From: an uncultured delta proteobacterium
Lineage (GTDB): Bacteria > Desulfobacterota > Binatia > Binatales > Binataceae
DNA length: 64,000 nt
Direction: 5' to 3'
Assembly (NCBI GenBank): GCA_963724765.1
Contig: CAVRVY010000003.1
Location: 640,001 to 704,000, forward strand
Shown: one piece after another, positions 9,335 through 19,291 of the stretch
How positions within the stretch are numbered: the stretch's first letter is position 1
Layout: every line of letters begins with the position of its first letter
Notes under the pieces: model-generated
Database searches by the model: none
Told to the model about the DNA's origin: nothing
What the model saw: only the letters and a program-made list of their open reading frames with translations
Made by a program: the position numbers and the translations under genes

Positions 9335-11413
9335 ATGATGACGGGGATTCTCTTCAGTCTTTGCATTTTGGCTGCCGTGGGCGTTTTTTTCTACCAGCTC
9401 TGGCGCCGCTTTCAGCTACTGCGGAGCGCTGTCGCCGTGTCCCGCTTCGATCGCATTCCCGAACGCGTTCGCGCCGTGCTTGTCTACGCCTTTGGCCAGA
9501 GGAAATTCGTGCGCAGGAATCCGGGAGCCGAGCGGTCCGCCGGGTGGATGCACTTTTTCATCTTTTGGGGGTTTCTCATCCTCGGGATCCAGATCCTCAC
9601 GATGTTCGGTCGTGCCTACTCCGACTCGTTCGTCGTTCCTGGCTTTAGCCTGCATCTCCTGGGCGGCCCCTATTTGTTGCTCCGCGACTTCATGGAGGTG
9701 GCCGTCCTGATTGCGGTTGGGGTGGCGTTGGTGCGATGGGGGATCACGCACGCGCCTCGGCTTTACGGCTATCTTCCGCCCGAGAGTCGCCTGCGCGATG
9801 AATCCCACTGGGAGGCCTATTTGATCCTGCTTTTCATCGCGATGATCATGCTGACAGGCCTGGTGTACGATGGTGGGCGAATCGTTTCTCACCCGAACAA
9901 CATGCGGATCGTTCGGGCGGCGGGATGGGAGCCTATCTCAACCTTGGTGGGTGTCAGCCTGGCGAAAGTTCTGGGCACGAGCTTCGCCTTCCACGCGAGT
10001 AACGTAGCCTGGTGGGTGCACAACCTCGTCATTCTCGTCTTTTTGAACTTACTGCCGCCCTCGAAACACTTCCACATTATCACTGCAATCCCGAACATCT
10101 TTTTCTCGAAACTCGAGCCCAAGGGGCAGCTCTCGAAGCAGGACCTCGAAAATGATTCCCGCTTCGGCACCTCGCACATCGATCATTTCACGTGGAAGCA
10201 GGTGCTCGACATGTTCAGTTGCACAGAATGTGGCCGCTGCTCCTCGAATTGCCCCGCCACGTTAACCAAGAAGCCCTTGGCCCCACGTCAATTGCTACTC
10301 GATCTGCGGGACTACCTCTACCGGCATCAGGACGAGATCATTGAAAAGAGGAGCCGCCCAGGCAAAGGAGATGGCACGGAACCCTTAGAGGTCGGAGAAA
10401 ACATTGTCGGTCCCGTCATCCACGACGACACACTGTGGGCTTGTACCACCTGCCGAGCCTGTGAGGAGGCCTGTCCCCCGATGATCGAGTACGTCGACAA
10501 GATCGTCGACATGCGCCGTCATCTGGTGCAAGAGGAGACCCGTTTCCCCAAGGAGCTTACCCGCACCTTCAAGAACATGGAGACGCAATCCAATCCGTGG
10601 GGGCTCGATTCCGAGCTGCGGTTCGAGTGGGCCGAACGGATGAACGTCCCGACCCTCGCTGACAAGCCCGATGCCGAGTTCCTCTACTACGTCGGCTGCG
10701 CCGGCTCCTACGACGATCGCAACAAGAAGACGACGCAGGCCTTCGTCCGCGTTTTGCAGAAAGCAGGCGTAGACTTTGCCTGCCTCGCGCGCGAGGAACT
10801 TTGCAACGGCGAAACGGCCCGTCGGCTCGGAAACGAGTACCTCTACCAGTCGATGGCCCAAATGCTGATCGAATCCCTCAACAAATACAAAGTTCGTAAG
10901 ATCATCGTGAACTGTCCCCACTGTTTCAACACGATCAAGAACGAGTTTCCCCAATTCGGTGGTTCGTACGAGGTCATTCATGCCTCCGACCTCGTGCAGC
11001 AATTGATCGCTTCGGGGCGTCTCAAGATCTCTGCGGAATTCCCGAAGCGGACCGTATACCACGACTCTTGTTACTACGGGCGTTACAACGACGTATTTGA
11101 CGAGCCACGGATGGTGCTCAGCCGCGCGGGGGCCCAAGTTCACGAGATGGAACGCCACCATAAATTCGGCATGTGCTGCGGTGCTGGCGGAGGGCGGATG
11201 TGGTTAGAGGAAGAGCCGGATAAACGGGTGAATCTGCTCCGCACCGAGCAGGCGCTTCAGACTGACCCTGAGGTCATCGCGGTCTCCTGCCCTTACTGTA
11301 TGACGATGCTCGGCGATGGCATCAAGGCCAAACAGCTAGAAGAGAAGGTCCAGACTCTCGACGTGATGGAAATCGTCGACGAGGTCACCCGGAGCCGTGA
11401 TGCAGAGTCCTGA
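9335..11413 (+). CDS. Membrane-bound Fe-S oxidoreductase (FadF/HdrD-like, two CCG domains)
   Basis: N-terminal TM segments with His; CTECGRC..CP and CTTCRAC..CP; CNG and CCGAGGG; CPYC. Confidence 0.92.
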   Translation: MMTGILFSLCILAAVGVFFYQLWRRFQLLRSAVAVSRFDRIPERVRAVLVYAFGQRKFVRRNPGAERSAGWMHFFIFWGFLILGIQILTMFGRAYSDSFVVPGFSLHLLGGPYLLLRDFMEVAVLIAVGVALVRWGITHAPRLYGYLPPESRLRDESHWEAYLILLFIAMIMLTGLVYDGGRIVSHPNNMRIVRAAGWEPISTLVGVSLAKVLGTSFAFHASNVAWWVHNLVILVFLNLLPPSKHFHIITAIPNIFFSKLEPKGQLSKQDLENDSRFGTSHIDHFTWKQVLDMFSCTECGRCSSNCPATLTKKPLAPRQLLLDLRDYLYRHQDEIIEKRSRPGKGDGTEPLEVGENIVGPVIHDDTLWACTTCRACEEACPPMIEYVDKIVDMRRHLVQEETRFPKELTRTFKNMETQSNPWGLDSELRFEWAERMNVPTLADKPDAEFLYYVGCAGSYDDRNKKTTQAFVRVLQKAGVDFACLAREELCNGETARRLGNEYLYQSMAQMLIESLNKYKVRKIIVNCPHCFNTIKNEFPQFGGSYEVIHASDLVQQLIASGRLKISAEFPKRTVYHDSCYYGRYNDVFDEPRMVLSRAGAQVHEMERHHKFGMCCGAGGGRMWLEEEPDKRVNLLRTEQALQTDPEVIAVSCPYCMTMLGDGIKAKQLEEKVQTLDVMEIVDEVTRSRDAES

Positions 11414-11427
11414 AGAGACCTTCTTCG

Positions 11428-11688
11428 TGCAAGAACCGCAACGTTCTGTGCTGCGGTGCGGGCGGCGGATGCTTCTGGAAGGAAGAGCGCGAGGGCTCGC
11501 GCATCAACCACATGCGCTTCGATCAACTGAACGAGGCCAATCCCGAGACGCTGGCAGTAGGATGCCCGTTCTGCATGACGCGGATGGAAGATGCGATAAA
11601 GGCGCGCTCGATGGAGGAAAAGATGCGCGTGCGCGACATCTCCGAGCTGATCGCGGACTCAACCGGCGCGGTCGAGAGCAAAGGGTAA
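11428..11688 (+). pseudogene. C-terminal CCG fragment of a paralogous Fe-S oxidoreductase
   Basis: Frame not in the ORF track: LCCGAGGGCFWKEEREGSRIN...AVGCPFCM...ESKG*. Confidence 0.85.
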
Positions 11689-11704
11689 TTGTTAGGTCGT
11701 TAAG

Positions 11705-12868
11705 GTGAGCAGAGGAGAAACGCTCGAGGTCCGAGGCGACCTCCTACGATGGGCTCGTGAAACAGCCGGTTTCACGATCCCTGGAGCCGCAAAGAAGGCT
11801 CGTCTCAGCGCTGACAGGCTCGCCGAATGGGAGTCTGAGTATGGTCTGCCAACGCCTGGACAACTGGAGCATCTGGCCGATCTATACAAGCGCCCGACCG
11901 CTACGTTCTTCCTAGAGAGCCCGCCTACTGAACCGTCACTGCCTCCTGATTTTCGCACCCTTCCATCGGACGAGGGCATGGAATTCACCCCAGTCACGTT
12001 GTTCGCCATCCGACGTGCTAGGCGTCTCCAGACTGTATTCCTACAGGTCTCCGAGCTTGTGGTCGGACCGCGCCAAGAGACGCTAGAGATAGCACTCTCC
12101 GAAGGGGCCGGTCCGTCCGCGCAAAAAGCGCGCGACCGCCTGGCTATTCCCGTAGATCAACAGTTCTCGTGGAAAGATCCGCGCGTCGCGCTGAAGACTT
12201 GGAGAGCCGCGGTAGAAAGTACGGGTGTGCTCGTTTTTCAGTTCAGCTTTCCGCTCAGCGAGGCCCGCGGATTCTCACTGCCCGGCCGCGTATCCACGAT
12301 TGTCCTAAACTCCAAAGGCGCACCAGCAGCGCGTAGCTTCACGTTGTTTCACGAGTGGGCTCATTTGCTTTTGCGAGAGCCCGGAATCTGCATTCCAGAC
12401 GAGCGCCACGCCGCTACCCCTGGGGCAAATAAAGTGGAGTCTTTTTGCAATGCGTTTGCCGGCAATCTTCTGGTTCCACAAGCGATCCTCGAGGAGCGTT
12501 TCGCTTCTGGGCGCCAACTAGAGACAGCAGAATTTGTCAGCCAGCTTGCCGAGGAATTTGCAGTAAGTAAATTTGTCATTCTTCGAAGACTTCTTGATGT
12601 TAGGTTTCTCACGAACAGCGACTACCAACAGTTTTCTGGACAACTCAGTAAAGGCACCAGGTCCGACAATACAAAGAAGCGAAGCGGCGGGCCAAGCCCA
12701 GCAGTCAGGGTCGTCTCGGAACTTGGGCCGACGTTCACTTCGAGAGTGCTTGATGCGTACAACGCAGGAATGATTGACCCATCGCAAGTCTGTGATTACC
12801 TGTCCGTTAGGATTAAGCATGTGTCGAAGATCAACACTCTGCTTCCCCACGAGCAGCAACTGGGCTGA
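11705..12868 (+). CDS. XRE-HTH fused to ImmA/IrrE metallopeptidase
   Basis: N-terminal HTH; FTLFHEWAH (HExxH); ESFCNAFAGNLLVP. Confidence 0.9.
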   Translation: MSRGETLEVRGDLLRWARETAGFTIPGAAKKARLSADRLAEWESEYGLPTPGQLEHLADLYKRPTATFFLESPPTEPSLPPDFRTLPSDEGMEFTPVTLFAIRRARRLQTVFLQVSELVVGPRQETLEIALSEGAGPSAQKARDRLAIPVDQQFSWKDPRVALKTWRAAVESTGVLVFQFSFPLSEARGFSLPGRVSTIVLNSKGAPAARSFTLFHEWAHLLLREPGICIPDERHAATPGANKVESFCNAFAGNLLVPQAILEERFASGRQLETAEFVSQLAEEFAVSKFVILRRLLDVRFLTNSDYQQFSGQLSKGTRSDNTKKRSGGPSPAVRVVSELGPTFTSRVLDAYNAGMIDPSQVCDYLSVRIKHVSKINTLLPHEQQLG

Positions 12869-12874
12869 AGCAGC

Positions 12875-13342
12875 GTGTATGTCATCGACACAAGCTCTTT
12901 GATTGACCTCGGCCTGCACTATCCGCGCGATACCTTTCCGTCAGTATGGAATGAAACAGAAGTTTTGATAAAGCGAGGAACCCTCCTATCTCCTCGCGAG
13001 GTCTTGCGAGAGTTGGAAAGGGGCGACGATCAATTGGTTCGCTGGGCTAAGCGTCAGAAGGGATTCTTTGTGCCGGTAAATCGGCCGCAAACAGTCAGGA
13101 TAAGAGAGATTCAGCAGAGATTCCCGCAAATCACCGACAACATGGCACTCGGACCATGCGCGGATCCATGGCTCGTGGCACTGGCTACCGTTCTGTCCGG
13201 GCCTCACTCCGCTTGGTTCGTAGTCACTCAGGAGCGCATGGCCGGCCCCGGCTCACACAAGGTTCCGAACGTTTGCGCGGCTTTTGGAATAACGAGCTTA
13301 AATCTTCTCGATTTTTTCAGAGCCGAAGGGTTTAAGTTTTAA
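12875..13342 (+). CDS. PIN-like DUF4411-type protein
   Basis: YVIDTSSLI, ADPWLVALA, VVTQE and KVPNVC motifs; directly downstream of the ImmA gene. Confidence 0.8.
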   Translation: MYVIDTSSLIDLGLHYPRDTFPSVWNETEVLIKRGTLLSPREVLRELERGDDQLVRWAKRQKGFFVPVNRPQTVRIREIQQRFPQITDNMALGPCADPWLVALATVLSGPHSAWFVVTQERMAGPGSHKVPNVCAAFGITSLNLLDFFRAEGFKF

Positions 13343-13356
13343 GCGCGTTATGGTCC

Positions 13357-14799
13357 CTAGCCGCCCCAGCCGTACCATCGCACCTGCCAGGTGAAGAACA
13401 CGACGAATATGACCGACACCACGATCAGAATCTTGGTCAACTGATCAAGCTTGCGCGGCGCGCCGAGCGCGATCAGCGTTAGCAGAAAGGGATAAACCTC
13501 CACGTAGTAGCGCGTGCCGAGTTGCGCGAAGCCGTTGGCGTACCACAGCATGCTGGGCCCCGCGCATAGCGCCGCCGCCAGCGCCACCAGTATTGTCGTG
13601 GGCCGCAGGAAACTCGGACGCAGCGCCAGTATGAAGGCCGGGCTCGTGAGTATCAGCGCCTGGCCCAGGAACTCCGGATGGACGTACGGAAACTTTTCGC
13701 TGTAGCCGGGCGCCATGAAAAGCAGCGTGTAGAGATTGAACGGAAAATGGCTCAGCGCCAGTGGGCCGCCGGGACGCGCGAACCGGTATTTGTCCTGGCT
13801 ATACCAGAGCCACATACCGATATCGTACGGCTCGCCGAAGCGTGCCTCGTTGAACGCCACGAACACCATCAGCGCCGCGCCCATCCACGGCAGCATCGAC
13901 AGCAACTCGCGCGCGCTTCTCCCGCGCACCCATAGCAGCGCCGCGTAAAACGGCCACGCGAAAACCATGTCGTAGCGCGCCAGCGCGGCCATCGCGGCCA
14001 GCAGGCCCACCATCCACGGACGCGCCTCACCGAAGACCTCGGCGAGCGCGCCCAGCGTGAACGGTATCGAGGCCAGCACGACGAAGTCCCACGAGCTGCC
14101 GAGCGTCGTCTCGTACCAGAACGTCGTGCCGACGCCGAAGAATAACGTCAGCCATACGCGCGCCGCGACGCCGAGGCCAATCTTGCCCAGTAGCCGCCAC
14201 AGCAAACCGAGTGAAATCGCCCCGACGACCACCGACACCGCGGTCTGGTTCGCCGCCAGTCCCCAGATAGCCACTGCGGGAAGGGTGAGTAGCGCCGCAA
14301 GCGGCGGATGCAGCAGGTAGCTCTTGCCGTGCCACACTACGTGCTCCATGTAGCTTGGAGCATCGACCCAGGTGTGCCCATGCAGGAACGCATACGCCTG
14401 CCGGACGGGCTCCGTATATGGCGTGGGCGGCGAGATAGTCGCGGCGTAAAAGGCAAGGAACAGAACTCCGACGGCGACGGCGCACCATCCGTCGGAAGCG
14501 AGATCACGCTCGAGCCAGGGCCATCGCGCCGACGGGGCGTGCCTCGGAACAATAAGTAGGTCGGCGGCTATTCCGCCGAGCGCAAGCGCGAGCGCCGCAA
14601 CAATCAGCGCGTTGGGCAAGTCGTGCTTGAACCATCGGACGATCAGGATGTCGGCCAGCGCGATCAGCGCAGCCGCGATGAAAAACCATCGCGCTGCATC
14701 CCGCGTGCCCGCACTTTCTGCGGCGGCCGTGGTTTGCGATTCTTCGACAGCGCTGAGCGAGAGAGCGTCCATGCGATGCGCGTCAGTCCGGCTGGCCAA
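13357..14799 (-). CDS. Polytopic membrane protein, GT-C glycosyltransferase-like
   Basis: About 12 hydrophobic segments; HPPL and GxRY motifs. Confidence 0.65.
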   Translation of the reverse strand: MASRTDAHRMDALSLSAVEESQTTAAAESAGTRDAARWFFIAAALIALADILIVRWFKHDLPNALIVAALALALGGIAADLLIVPRHAPSARWPWLERDLASDGWCAVAVGVLFLAFYAATISPPTPYTEPVRQAYAFLHGHTWVDAPSYMEHVVWHGKSYLLHPPLAALLTLPAVAIWGLAANQTAVSVVVGAISLGLLWRLLGKIGLGVAARVWLTLFFGVGTTFWYETTLGSSWDFVVLASIPFTLGALAEVFGEARPWMVGLLAAMAALARYDMVFAWPFYAALLWVRGRSARELLSMLPWMGAALMVFVAFNEARFGEPYDIGMWLWYSQDKYRFARPGGPLALSHFPFNLYTLLFMAPGYSEKFPYVHPEFLGQALILTSPAFILALRPSFLRPTTILVALAAALCAGPSMLWYANGFAQLGTRYYVEVYPFLLTLIALGAPRKLDQLTKILIVVSVIFVVFFTWQVRWYGWGG

Positions 14800-14850
14800 T
14801 CAGGCGTGCCAGCGACAGCGCCGTTCTCGCGGAGCCGCGTGCGCCTTGGT

Positions 14851-15822
14851 TCATTTCCGCAGATCGGCGAGGAATTCCAGAATCGCGCGATTGACCTCTT
14901 CGGGCTTCTCCTGCTGCGTCCAATGGCCCGAGCCCTCTATCAAAACGGTCTTGCGCAGGTTCGGCACCCACATCTGCATCCCGTTCGCCATCTCCGGGCG
15001 CAGCACGATATCCAGTTCCGCCGTGATCATCAGCGCGGGCTGGCTCACCTGCATGGGCAAGCCGGCGCTTTCTTCCCAGTTGCGATCGATGTTGCGGTAC
15101 CAGTTGAGCGGCTTGCGAAACCCGCTCTTCTCGAAGGCCTGCACGAAAACCTCGAAGTCCTCATCGCTGAGAAAGCCGCCATGCGGGAGATCTGGCAGAT
15201 GGTCGAGCAGGCCACCGCCGGCCGGTCCCAGCACGCCCGAGGGCATTTTACGCAATTCGGCGAAATCGGCGCCCTTGAACAATTCGCCGCCCTGGTAAAG
15301 TGAGCGCAGGCTGCGGCCCACGTCGCGGCCGAGCTCCTCCTCGGCCACGCCCGGCTCCTGGAAATAGACGACGTAGTTGAAATTGCCAGCCGCGATCGCG
15401 CGAATGAAATCCATCGGTTTCATCGGCGTGCGCGGAAAGAACGGGGTGTTGAGCGCGATCACGCGCTCGATTCGTGCGGGCGCCATCAGCGCTGCGTTCC
15501 ACGCCACGAAGCCGCCCCAGTCATGGCCGACGACCGCGCATTTTTCGATCCCCATCGCGTCGAGCATCCCGATCAGGTCGGCGACGATCTCGCGCTGGGT
15601 GTAAGCCTCGATCGGTTCGGGACCGCCGGTGTCGCCGTAGCCACGCTGGTCGGGAGCGATCGCCCGCAAGCCGGCGCTCTTAAGCGCGCGCATCTGATGG
15701 CGCCACGAGTACCACAGTTCCGGAAAACCGTGGCACATCACGACCGGGTAACCCTCGCCGGCCTCGGCGACGTGCATCCTGATTCCGTTGGTGTTGACGA
15801 AGCGATGGCTGAACTCGCTCAT
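14851..15822 (-). CDS. Alpha/beta hydrolase, epoxide hydrolase type
   Basis: HGFPELWYSW, GHDWGG and GHWTQQE motifs. Confidence 0.93.
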   Translation of the reverse strand: MSEFSHRFVNTNGIRMHVAEAGEGYPVVMCHGFPELWYSWRHQMRALKSAGLRAIAPDQRGYGDTGGPEPIEAYTQREIVADLIGMLDAMGIEKCAVVGHDWGGFVAWNAALMAPARIERVIALNTPFFPRTPMKPMDFIRAIAAGNFNYVVYFQEPGVAEEELGRDVGRSLRSLYQGGELFKGADFAELRKMPSGVLGPAGGGLLDHLPDLPHGGFLSDEDFEVFVQAFEKSGFRKPLNWYRNIDRNWEESAGLPMQVSQPALMITAELDIVLRPEMANGMQMWVPNLRKTVLIEGSGHWTQQEKPEEVNRAILEFLADLRK

Positions 15823-15977
15823 TGGCTCGCTCCTCGGAATTACCTCGGCGGTTTCCAACGTTAGCATGCGGACCGCGCACTGGCATCGCCAGCCTTTGAC
15901 TTAACCGCGCGGTGTGATGGACGATAGTTCGCCTCACCCGCAGCGCGAGGTAATCCAGGACCAGCGAGGAAAAGCCG

Positions 15978-16970
15978 ATGGCCTTTACGGTGCAGCCTGA
16001 CAGCTTCCGCTTCGAGAGCGAGTTTCGTAGCGGCGTCGCGGACAAACGCGTCCTGATAACCGGTGCGGGCAAGGACGGCGGTCTCGGCCAGGCCTTCGCT
16101 ATGGCGGCGGGCCTCAACGGAGCCGCCAGCGTGGGCGTGCATTTCCATAGCAGCTACTCCGACGGCTTCGACCTGGTCAGTGCGCTGCGTGACCTGGGCG
16201 TAAACGCGTTTCCAGTGCAGGCCGACGTCACCAACCTTGGTGACCTGTGGGCGACGCGCAGCTACGTGATCGAACAGATGGGCGGCAAGCCGCCGAACCT
16301 GCTGATTTGCAATTCGGGATTGACCGAGAAGGGATACGCATTCGGCCGCGCACTGAAGGAAATCCCCGACGAACCGCTCGCGATGCGCCGGGCGCGGGTG
16401 CGCCAGCACTTCATTGATAGCCTCCATGAATCGCGCCTGGTGCTGAATACGAAGATCGACGGCTTCCTCGCGATGACTCACCTGTGGGCGGGCGAGGCGG
16501 TCTATCATAAGGAATTTCTGCAGCTCATCTACGTATCCTCGCGGCAGGCTATCGATCCCGGAGCGACAGTGCCGGGCTACGTGATCAGCAACTGGGGCGT
16601 GCTTCAACTGCCCAAGGTGCTCGCGGTCAACCTCGGCCAGAACGCGAAGTTCGTCGGCTCGGCGTGTATCCTGCTGCCATTCATCCGCACCAGCATGACT
16701 GACCAGTACGCGGAGAACCCCAAGGTATTCGGGCGATGGCAGCCGCGGATGCTGGAACCCAACGAGGCGGCCAAGGCGTTCTTGCATTTGCTGGCGCGCC
16801 CGCAGGCTGAGCTTGATAAGGGCCTGTTCGAACTGATGGTCGATGGCACCCCGGATGCGATCGACGTGACCTGGAAGCGGGTCGAACTCGAGGTGCGCGA
16901 AGAGCCGATGGAATGGAGCAGGAGCGGCTCGTTGCAATTCCATGGTCATCGCCAGTCGGCGAAGAAGTAG
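15978..16970 (+). CDS. Atypical SDR-family oxidoreductase
   Basis: TGAGKDGGLG, QADVT and CNSG; YxxxN where YxxxK is expected. Confidence 0.75.
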   Translation: MAFTVQPDSFRFESEFRSGVADKRVLITGAGKDGGLGQAFAMAAGLNGAASVGVHFHSSYSDGFDLVSALRDLGVNAFPVQADVTNLGDLWATRSYVIEQMGGKPPNLLICNSGLTEKGYAFGRALKEIPDEPLAMRRARVRQHFIDSLHESRLVLNTKIDGFLAMTHLWAGEAVYHKEFLQLIYVSSRQAIDPGATVPGYVISNWGVLQLPKVLAVNLGQNAKFVGSACILLPFIRTSMTDQYAENPKVFGRWQPRMLEPNEAAKAFLHLLARPQAELDKGLFELMVDGTPDAIDVTWKRVELEVREEPMEWSRSGSLQFHGHRQSAKK

Positions 16971-17202
16971 ATCCTGTTCTCCGCTCCTTGTCCCAGCAAA
17001 GGTCGCCGCGAAGCATCGCGGGCGGCGGGAGAGGTTACTCTGCGTGCGCGGCACCGAGCGTCGCCGCGCACGCCGCCGCGGCTGGCCAGCGCGCTTCGCC
17101 GGCTGCAGCGACGATGCCACAGCGCGCGAAACAAGCCCAAGCGGCAGGGCGGGCGGCCAGATGGCCGCCCGGCCCCCTGCCCGCTTAAGCAGATAAGGCA
17201 TA

Positions 17203-17297
17203 CGCGGGAGGCGGCGCCCGCCGGGGCGCCGCCTCCCGCGCGCATCGAAAGCGCACACGGCGGCACGCGCACCTTGGGGTGCGCGTGCCGCCGTGTG
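17203..17297. repeat. Two tandem perfect GC hairpins (17-bp and 20-bp stems)
   Basis: 17203-17240 with loop gccg; 17254-17297 with loop ttgg; located between convergent genes. Confidence 0.85.
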
Positions 17298-17316
17298 GCG
17301 AACAACTTCGGCGCGG

Positions 17317-18120
17317 CTACTCGGGAGTTTTCGCGCCCGGCGGCGGCGCACCGGCGCTCGCGCCTGCTCCGGCGGGAGGCGGCGCGCCCGGGCCGCCGCC
17401 TACGCTGCGGCGCTCGTAACCGGCGGGAGCAGTGAACGTGTCGGCAGGCAAATCGCGCGTGGCAATTTTCGTTACCACGGTTTTGGTGGTTTGCGGCCCC
17501 TGCTTGGCGATCATTTCCTTCAGTTTGGCGGCCTGGTCGGGTGTCAGCCCAGGCATCGAAAACCCGGAGTTCACGGTGCGCGTGGAATCCATCGTCAGCG
17601 GAATCCCGCTGGGCATCTTGCCCGCCATCGCTCGCGCGCTCTTAAGCTTCATACCCATTGCCTGGGTGAATCCAGTGAACTCCGCGGCGCCCGGCGCGCT
17701 GGTCGAGAAGCATCCGGTGGTCGAGACCGCGGCCATCGCGGTCTTGCCCGCGCCGCTATACTCCTCGCAGCCGTAGTCCAGCACCTTGGCGGACTTGCCG
17801 GTCTTCTGGAAATTGAGGTCGAGCTGTTGGGCAGGACTGCTCGACATCCCATGCGGCGGAAAGGGCATCTCGGCATACGCCTTCTGGTTCGGATCGATCA
17901 GCATCATGGTGCCCTTGTCGAGATCGATCACGAACACGTTGCGGTCGCTGACCATCTTTTCCTTATGCCCTTGCACCATCAGTTCACGAGTATGAGTCGC
18001 AGCGGGCGTCGCGCCTTGGGTGGTGGTCACCTGCTCGTCGATCACGACCCCGGCGCGCGCGATACCGCTTAAACCCGCCGCCGTCAGCAGGCAGGCAAAC
18101 ATTGCAACTATCTGTTTCAT
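17317..18120 (-). CDS. Secreted DUF4412-like protein
   Basis: Signal peptide ending ARA; IDLDKGTM and TGKSAKVLDYGCEEY; F..PAGY; ATGA coupling to the upstream gene. Confidence 0.7.
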   Translation of the reverse strand: MKQIVAMFACLLTAAGLSGIARAGVVIDEQVTTTQGATPAATHTRELMVQGHKEKMVSDRNVFVIDLDKGTMMLIDPNQKAYAEMPFPPHGMSSSPAQQLDLNFQKTGKSAKVLDYGCEEYSGAGKTAMAAVSTTGCFSTSAPGAAEFTGFTQAMGMKLKSARAMAGKMPSGIPLTMDSTRTVNSGFSMPGLTPDQAAKLKEMIAKQGPQTTKTVVTKIATRDLPADTFTAPAGYERRSVGGGPGAPPPAGAGASAGAPPPGAKTPE

Positions 18121-19157
18121 AGCGACTGTTCCTCTGGCGCGCTGCTGATTTCCAAAACGCGGCGCGACCCGCCCGTCTCGCGGTCGGCGCGCTCGACGAC
18201 CAGCCGATGAAGGGTCAGGCTCGAAAGGCCGAAAAATACCCACACCATCTCTTTGAATCTGCGCAACAATCCGACCGCAAAGCCAACGTCCGCCGGATAG
18301 CCGAGCATCGCCATCACCAGCGCCTTACCACCCTCCTGGCTGACCAGCTTGGCCGGAATCATGAAGGTGGCGCGTTCGATCAGCTGGCCGAACACCTCGA
18401 CCAGCACTGCGATCTGCCAGGTGACGGGCTCGTGCAGGAGCAGCAGCAGGATATAGATCTCAAGCGGGCCAAGGCTCCACGCGACCAGGTAGCACAGGCA
18501 CGAGGCGACGAGACGCCAGCGATGGCGCGCGTAGAAATCCAGCAGCAGCGTGTCGGCCTCGGCAGCGGCGTCGCGCATCTCGTCGTTGGCGATACGGGAG
18601 AGATCGAGATGCGCCGCCGCGCGCCACAGATGCGAGAACGGCCGCTTGATCTGGACGTAGAAGAAGCCCGCGGCCAACGCGATCGCCAGCCCGAGTCCGC
18701 CGAGCGCCGGCCACAGCAAATGGTGAAACCTGGCCTCGAACGGCAGCACGGTCAGCATCCCGCCGGTGATGAATCCCACCTGGCCCAGCATCTCCGCCAG
18801 CGCCGCGACCACCACCGTCACCAATCCGGCTGCCATGGGCAGCTTGTACCGCACCATCATCGCCATCACGAACTGGCCGCCGAGCTGCGCCGACGGGGTC
18901 ACGTAGTCGACCGCTTCGCCGGCGATCCGCGCCGCGAACAATTCGGCGAAACCGAGCCGGCGCGGGCAGTTTTCGATCGTCACTCGCCATCCCAGCGTAT
19001 TGGCCAGGCGCGCTACCGCCTCCAGCGAGACCGTTAGCACCAGGCCCCATCCTGCCACGCGCACGTAGTGCAGGACGTCGGTCCATCCGAAGCGATGCAG
19101 GAACCAGGCGTAAAAGCCTAGCGCGAGCAGTACGATTAAAGTTTCAATGCGTCGCAT
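18117..19157 (-). CDS. LPG-synthase TM/flippase-like membrane protein
   Basis: Multiple TM segments; YVTPSAQLGG and IPAKLVSQEGG. Confidence 0.75.
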   Translation of the reverse strand: MRRIETLIVLLALGFYAWFLHRFGWTDVLHYVRVAGWGLVLTVSLEAVARLANTLGWRVTIENCPRRLGFAELFAARIAGEAVDYVTPSAQLGGQFVMAMMVRYKLPMAAGLVTVVVAALAEMLGQVGFITGGMLTVLPFEARFHHLLWPALGGLGLAIALAAGFFYVQIKRPFSHLWRAAAHLDLSRIANDEMRDAAAEADTLLLDFYARHRWRLVASCLCYLVAWSLGPLEIYILLLLLHEPVTWQIAVLVEVFGQLIERATFMIPAKLVSQEGGKALVMAMLGYPADVGFAVGLLRRFKEMVWVFFGLSSLTLHRLVVERADRETGGSRRVLEISSAPEEQSL

Positions 19158-19291
19158 CAATGCAGGACTTGCCCGTGATCCAGACAGAACTCTACCGCTG
19201 ACCGGCCGGGGCCACGCGGCGCCGATGCATTCTTTCAACGCCACCCGCCAGAGGCAAGCCACCTCGCAAGCCGCGAAGGCCGTCCCGGCGC

